Assembly (NCBI GenBank): GCA_029260475.1
Contig: JAJDDE010000124.1
Location: forward strand, 10,335-74,334
DNA from: Phycisphaerales bacterium
Lineage (GTDB): Bacteria; Planctomycetota; Phycisphaerae; Phycisphaerales; UBA1924
Direction of reading: 5' to 3'
Length of the DNA: 64,000 bases
Position numbers and translations under genes: made by a program
The notes under the pieces: model-generated
The model's input: the letters and a program-made list of their open reading frames with translations, nothing else
What the model was told of the DNA's origin: nothing
The model's database searches: none
In this document: positions 59,919 to 64,000 of the stretch, in pieces
Layout: each line of letters starts with the position of its first letter
Position numbering within the stretch: position 1 is the first letter of the stretch

Positions 59919-61697
59919 ATGACACGCCCGATCCCGATCGCAGCCCTCCTCCTGGCGGCCACCGCCGCCGCGCTCGCCCAGTCCGCCGACACCAACGACG
60001 ACGGCGCCACAACGCTCGAAGAATTCAAGGCGTACGTCACGCAGCGCGCACCGGACCTCAGCGATGAGATGGTCGCCCGCATCGCGACACTCGTGGACAA
60101 GGACGCCGACGGGACGATCAGCGCCAACGAATTTGCGGCCCGCATGCACGCCTTCCGTGACGTACGCCTCGGCGAGCGCACGCCAGACGCTCCCGCCACA
60201 CCAGCCACGACGCACCGCGAAGCGCAGCAGAACCCACCGGTCCGCGTGACCATCCCCGCGTTCACGCCCTCCGACGACGCAACGCTCCTCCTGATCACCG
60301 CCGACGAACTCGCCGAGGCGTGGGTGCCCTTCGCGCACTGGAAGACCCGCCAGGGCAAGGCGACGAAGATCCTCACGGTCGCGCAGATCGACGAGACGTA
60401 CGAGGCGCCGTCCATCCAGGAGAAGATCCGCCTCTGCGTTCGCGAGCACATCGAAGAACACGACACCCGATGGGTCCTTCTCGGCGGCGACTGCCTCCCC
60501 GATGGCGGCCTCGTGCCGGGCGGGCATCGCACCGTCCACAGCCAGGAGCGCAACGGCATCCCCACCGACATCGTCTACCTCAGCCCAACCAACTGGGACG
60601 CCGACAACGACGGCATCTACGGCGAGTGGGACGACGACCAGGGCGCGATCACCTACCCCGACGGCAGCGTCGGGCTCGGGCGAGTGCCCGTGCGCACCGC
60701 GGCCGACGTGCGCGCGTTCACGGACAAAGTCATCGCCTACGAATCCGCCTACCCCACCGATGAATTCGCCGAGCACATGGTCTACACCTGCACCGACTCA
60801 CCCGCCTATCCCAAAGTACGCGCGAGCTGGGACCGCTACCTCTCCAAGCAGTGGGAGGGCGACGTGCAGCGGTTCTTCAACACCGAGACCCCCTGGGACC
60901 GCGAGGGCCAGCCCGGCAGCCACGACCTCAGCGACCTCAACCTCGTGAGCCTGATCAACAAGCAGGAGACCGGCAAACTCCACATCCACGGGCACGGCCT
61001 CATCAACTTCTGGGTCCTCGAGAACTCCACCTTCGACGCCGCCGACGTAGGGCGACTGCACAACGACGGCGCGTACCCCCTTATCACGACCGTCTCCTGC
61101 TTCACGGGCCAGTACGACGCTGCCGAAGACCCCTCCATCGTCGAGTCCATGCTCCGCGCCCCCGGCGCAGGTTCCGTCGCGATCGTCGCGCCGGTCCGCA
61201 CCGGCAAGCCGCACTTCCACAGCGCCAGCGACTTCCGCCTCATGGTCAGCGAGGGCAAGCTCGACGGCACCACAATGACCATGACCAAGTACTGGGCCAA
61301 CGGCCTGGGCCAGGGCCTCACCACCGGCGAGGCGCTGATGAAGTCCAAGGGCGAGCTCGAAGCCGACGCCCGCAAAGCCGCGTCCTACCACCTCTGCATC
61401 TGCGAGCTCAACCTGCTGGGCGACCCCACCCTCGATATGCGCGCCTCCGCACCCCGCGCCCCCACGATGTCCGCGCCCGCAGGACTCCGAGTCGGCGCCG
61501 AGCGACTGACCATCACCACCGATGCACCGGGCGCGACGCTCTGCCTCTGGAAGGGCAGCGAGGTCTATGAGGTGATCACGACCGACGACAAGGGGCGTGC
61601 GCGGGCGCTGCTCAACACGTCAACACCGGGCGAACTGCTCATCACCCTCAACGGCCCGGGCTTGAACACCACCACAACGAGCCTCACGGTGCGCTGA
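59919..61697 (+). CDS. Secreted EF-hand pair + peptidase C25 (gingipain-like) cysteine protease
   Basis: It has a signal peptide and two DxDxDG loops (DTNDDGATTLEEF, DKDADGTISANEF). The C25-like region has WVLLGGD, the candidate catalytic His in LHIHGHG and the candidate catalytic Cys in ITTVSCFTGQYD. Confidence 0.75.
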   Translation: MTRPIPIAALLLAATAAALAQSADTNDDGATTLEEFKAYVTQRAPDLSDEMVARIATLVDKDADGTISANEFAARMHAFRDVRLGERTPDAPATPATTHREAQQNPPVRVTIPAFTPSDDATLLLITADELAEAWVPFAHWKTRQGKATKILTVAQIDETYEAPSIQEKIRLCVREHIEEHDTRWVLLGGDCLPDGGLVPGGHRTVHSQERNGIPTDIVYLSPTNWDADNDGIYGEWDDDQGAITYPDGSVGLGRVPVRTAADVRAFTDKVIAYESAYPTDEFAEHMVYTCTDSPAYPKVRASWDRYLSKQWEGDVQRFFNTETPWDREGQPGSHDLSDLNLVSLINKQETGKLHIHGHGLINFWVLENSTFDAADVGRLHNDGAYPLITTVSCFTGQYDAAEDPSIVESMLRAPGAGSVAIVAPVRTGKPHFHSASDFRLMVSEGKLDGTTMTMTKYWANGLGQGLTTGEALMKSKGELEADARKAASYHLCICELNLLGDPTLDMRASAPRAPTMSAPAGLRVGAERLTITTDAPGATLCLWKGSEVYEVITTDDKGRARALLNTSTPGELLITLNGPGLNTTTTSLTVR

Positions 61698-61715
61698 TCG
61701 GGACCACCCGACCCA

Positions 61716-61749
61716 TGAAAAACGCCCCTCACACACGGTGAGGGGCGTT
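61716..61749 (-). terminator. Rho-independent terminator downstream of tRNA-Ser
   Basis: A 12-bp stem pairs 61721-61732 (AACGCCCCTCAC) with 61738-61749 (GTGAGGGGCGTT). On the minus strand it is followed by TTTTTC. Confidence 0.75.
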
Positions 61750-61762
61750 CATCTCGATGAAG

Positions 61763-61851
61763 CGGAGAGGGGGGGATTCGAACCCCCGAGCCGGGTTACC
61801 CCGACTACACGGATTCCAGCCGTGCTCCTTCAGCCGCTCGGACACCTCTCC
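61763..61851 (-). tRNA. tRNA-Ser (anticodon GGA)
   Basis: The minus strand reads GGAGAGGTGTCCGAGCGGCTGAAGGAGCACGGCTGGAATCCGTGTAGTCGGGGTAACCCGGCTCGGGGGTTCGAATCCCCCCCTCTCCG. The acceptor is GGAGAGG/CCTCTCC, the anticodon loop is CTGGAAT, it has a long class II variable arm, and the T arm is GGGGG-TTCGAAT-CCCCC. Confidence 0.92.
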
Positions 61852-61919
61852 GGGGTGGTTTCCACGAACTGGCGGCGTGGGGCGACGAGTGTAGCCGCCG
61901 GGCCCCCGTATGTCTGCGC

Positions 61920-62516
61920 TCAACCCTCCCGCTCGGATTCCGTCCCATCCTCCCAGTCCTCAGCCGTCATCGCGAAGCGCAGGTGGTCCGCCCACACCCC
62001 CGCGATCCGCAGATACCGAGGGCTGAACCCCTCCTCACGGAATCCCAGAGCACGCACCAGGCGCAACGATCGCGTGTTCTTGGGCATCACATTCGCCTCC
62101 ACGCGGTGCAACTCGAACGAGCCGAAGGCGTGCCGCAACGCCAGATGCACGCCCTCGCGCGCGTACCCCTGACCCGCGTGCGCCGCCCCGATCCAGTACC
62201 CCATCGTGCCGTTCTCGAAGGGCCCACGGCAGATCTGGCTGAGATTGACCATCCCGAGGATCACCTCGTCGTCCCGCCGGCAGATCAGCAGCCGTCGGGT
62301 GCTCGGGGTGTCTGTCTGGTGCAGCACGCGCGAGAAGGCCCGGTCGTCGTGCGCGCTCAGCCCGTCATGGGGGATCGGTTCCCACGGGTCCAGGTGCTCG
62401 GCGCTCGCGTGACGCAGGGCGCACCACTCGGCGCGGTCCCCGGGCGACACGCTGCGAAGGTACACACGCGCCCCGCGCTCCACGCCCGCATCCATCGATC
62501 TCGCTCCCGACCTCAT
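61920..62516 (-). CDS. GNAT-family N-acetyltransferase (RimJ/RimL-like)
   Basis: Carries GYWIGAAHAGQGYAREGVHLALRHAF..LHRVEANVMPKNTRSLRLVRALGFREEG. ATG 62495 is an alternative start. Confidence 0.85.
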   Translation of the reverse strand: MRSGARSMDAGVERGARVYLRSVSPGDRAEWCALRHASAEHLDPWEPIPHDGLSAHDDRAFSRVLHQTDTPSTRRLLICRRDDEVILGMVNLSQICRGPFENGTMGYWIGAAHAGQGYAREGVHLALRHAFGSFELHRVEANVMPKNTRSLRLVRALGFREEGFSPRYLRIAGVWADHLRFAMTAEDWEDGTESEREG

Positions 62517-62550
62517 CCCGTCATCCTACCGCCCCTCTACACTCGCCCAC

Positions 62551-63288
62551 ATGGGGCGCAAGAACCACAGACCCGATCTCAACGGCCTGCTCGTCATCGA
62601 CAAGCCGCTCAACACCACCTCCGCGGGGATGTGCACGATGGTGCGCCGGCGTACCGGCGGCGCAAAGGTCGGGCACGCCGGCACCCTCGACCCCCTCGCG
62701 ACTGGCGTCCTGCTCATCTGTCTCGGCAGGGCCACCAAGCTCGTCGAGCGCCTCATGACGGGCGAGAAGGGCTACCGCGCCACCATCGACCTCAGCGCCA
62801 CCTCACCCACCGATGACCTCGAGGGCACGCCGGCCCCCGTCGAGATCGGCGTGCCACCGTCGCGCCGGCAGGTCGAAGCCGTCCTCGCCGAGCGGTTCAC
62901 CGGGCGCATCCAGCAGGCCCCGCCCGCGCACTCCGCGGTCCACATCAACGGTAAACGCGCGTACGAGCTCGCCCGCGCCGGGTACGAGGTGGATGTCCCG
63001 GTGAAGACCGTGGAGATCCACGCGATCGACATCCTCCGCTACGACTTCCCGACCCTCGAGATCGACCTCCGCTGCGGGCGCGGCACCTACATCCGCTCAC
63101 TCGCCCGCGACCTCGGGCCGGCGCTCGAGACCGGTGGTGTGCTCACCGCCCTCCGGCGCACCCTCGTCGGGCCCTTCACCCTGGAGATGGCCCGTACCCC
63201 CGACGCGCTGGCAGAGGAGATCAACGCCGAACACCTCGTCCCGCTGGACGAGGTCGAAGCCCTCATCGGCCCCGCGTTACCGGACTGA
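62551..63288 (+). CDS. truB: tRNA pseudouridine(55) synthase
   Basis: Carries GLLVIDKPLNTTS, KVGHAGTLDPLATGVLLICLGRATK, PPAHSAVHINGKRAYELAR and GTYIRSLARDLG. Confidence 0.93.
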   Translation: MGRKNHRPDLNGLLVIDKPLNTTSAGMCTMVRRRTGGAKVGHAGTLDPLATGVLLICLGRATKLVERLMTGEKGYRATIDLSATSPTDDLEGTPAPVEIGVPPSRRQVEAVLAERFTGRIQQAPPAHSAVHINGKRAYELARAGYEVDVPVKTVEIHAIDILRYDFPTLEIDLRCGRGTYIRSLARDLGPALETGGVLTALRRTLVGPFTLEMARTPDALAEEINAEHLVPLDEVEALIGPALPD

Positions 63289-63403
63289 TCGGCATCAACG
63301 ACGCCCGTGCCGGGCGATCCCGCTTCATCCGCCCGCCAGAGGGGCCGATACGACGAACGCGGAGCCCCACGCCGGGGCCATCCACAGACGAGGAGACCAA
63401 CGC

Positions 63404-64000
63404 GTGGCCAACGCCCCGCGACCGCACATCTCGCACGCGCTGCAGCACCTGCGCGCCGGCGTCTACGGCGCCGCGGGTGTGCTGATGGTCACCCTGCTCA
63501 TCCAGCTCCTCTGCTGGACGGTCATCCATTTCGGGGCGACCGAAACGCAGACGCTCGAGCCCGCCGCCGGCGCAGGGCAGACCGCGGTGGTCCAGGCACC
63601 CACCCGAGCGGACAAGGACGCCGCCGCGGAATCCGCCGTCACGCAGACCGCAGAGCCCGACCCCGCGCTCGCCGTCGCCGACAACGCACCCTCGATCAAC
63701 GAAGTCCCAACCGGCGTCGGCCTCGTGATGCACCGCCTGGCCGACACGAGCCAGATCATCGGCATCGTCGCATCGGTGGCGCTGCTCGTCCTCATGATGC
63801 AGGGCGTCGCCGTCGCGGGTGGTGGCGGCGTGCCGGGCGTCGAGATGGTCGTCACCGCCAGCACCTGGGCCCTCGTCCTCTTCGCCCTCGCACTCCCCTG
63901 GAGCGGCGTGCTCCCCGAGGTCACCTTCTCGGGCGTGCTGCGCTCGGGACAAGCGATGTCCGACGGCGCGCGCCAGTATGCGGCCAAAGACCTCTCCGCC
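63404..64000 (+). CDS. Hypothetical membrane protein (3' end runs off the window)
   Basis: My own translation from GTG 63404, 8 nt after AGGAG, gives VANAPRPHISHALQHLRAGVYGAAGVLMVTLLIQLLCWTV.... It has strong GC3 bias and at least 3 TM segments, and stays open to position 64000. It is absent from the ORF track because it has no stop in the window. Confidence 0.6.
   Translation, partial: MANAPRPHISHALQHLRAGVYGAAGVLMVTLLIQLLCWTVIHFGATETQTLEPAAGAGQTAVVQAPTRADKDAAAESAVTQTAEPDPALAVADNAPSINEVPTGVGLVMHRLADTSQIIGIVASVALLVLMMQGVAVAGGGGVPGVEMVVTASTWALVLFALALPWSGVLPEVTFSGVLRSGQAMSDGARQYAAKDLSA

Noticed and set aside
1-64000. A window-wide look for CRISPR arrays, rRNA genes, IS elements/transposases and toxin-antitoxin pairs.
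   Set aside because: I saw no regularly spaced repeats of 25-40 bp, no rRNA-like sequence, no DDE or serine transposase motifs, and no small adjacent ORF pairs of TA type. The only mobile-element signature is the integrase at 5350..6729.

Overview
This is a high-GC bacterial chromosomal segment. The gene content suggests Planctomycetota, probably Phycisphaerae-like: ECF sigma / Ser-Thr-kinase-TPR pairs, a DUF1559-type prepilin-like protein, a PEP-CTERM-like protein, a beta-helix protein opening with LSPPAGPIAPTGKPLDSIEPR, and a futalosine-pathway radical-SAM enzyme. All calls come from reading the ORF track, my own translations and motif recognition. No database search was possible, so family names are recollection-based.

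The window is densely coding. I call about 52 CDS, including two edge-truncated genes that are missing from the ORF track, plus three tRNAs: Arg-ACG, Leu-TAG and Ser-GGA.

Housekeeping genes: rpsT, mnmA, putA, holB, tsaB, truB, a cyclophilin, a GH13 amylase, a tricorn-like protease and an Mqn radical-SAM enzyme.

Signalling genes: two ECF sigmas, two kinase-TM-TPR paralogues and two GAF-PP2C phosphatases, one with an FHA domain.

Accessory-looking spots:
- A tyrosine integrase sits next to tRNA-Arg, with a helically phased GTATCCC heptamer array between them.
- A DoxX / TonB-N-terminus::vWA / ExbB / ExbD / ExbD / TPR operon is tightly overlapped.
- A lower-GC two-gene cassette pairs a small protein ending in ...LRLVMLVGG-stop (ubiquitin/ThiS-like tail) with a translationally coupled 910-aa DUF4132/MolR-like protein.
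- A TroABCD/MntABCD-like metal importer has both permeases carrying C-terminal DtxR-like metal-sensor domains, in addition to a free MntR-like repressor and a visible promoter/operator.

No CRISPR array, rRNA or transposase was seen. Many long ORFs in the track are antisense artefacts of the high GC content and were rejected.
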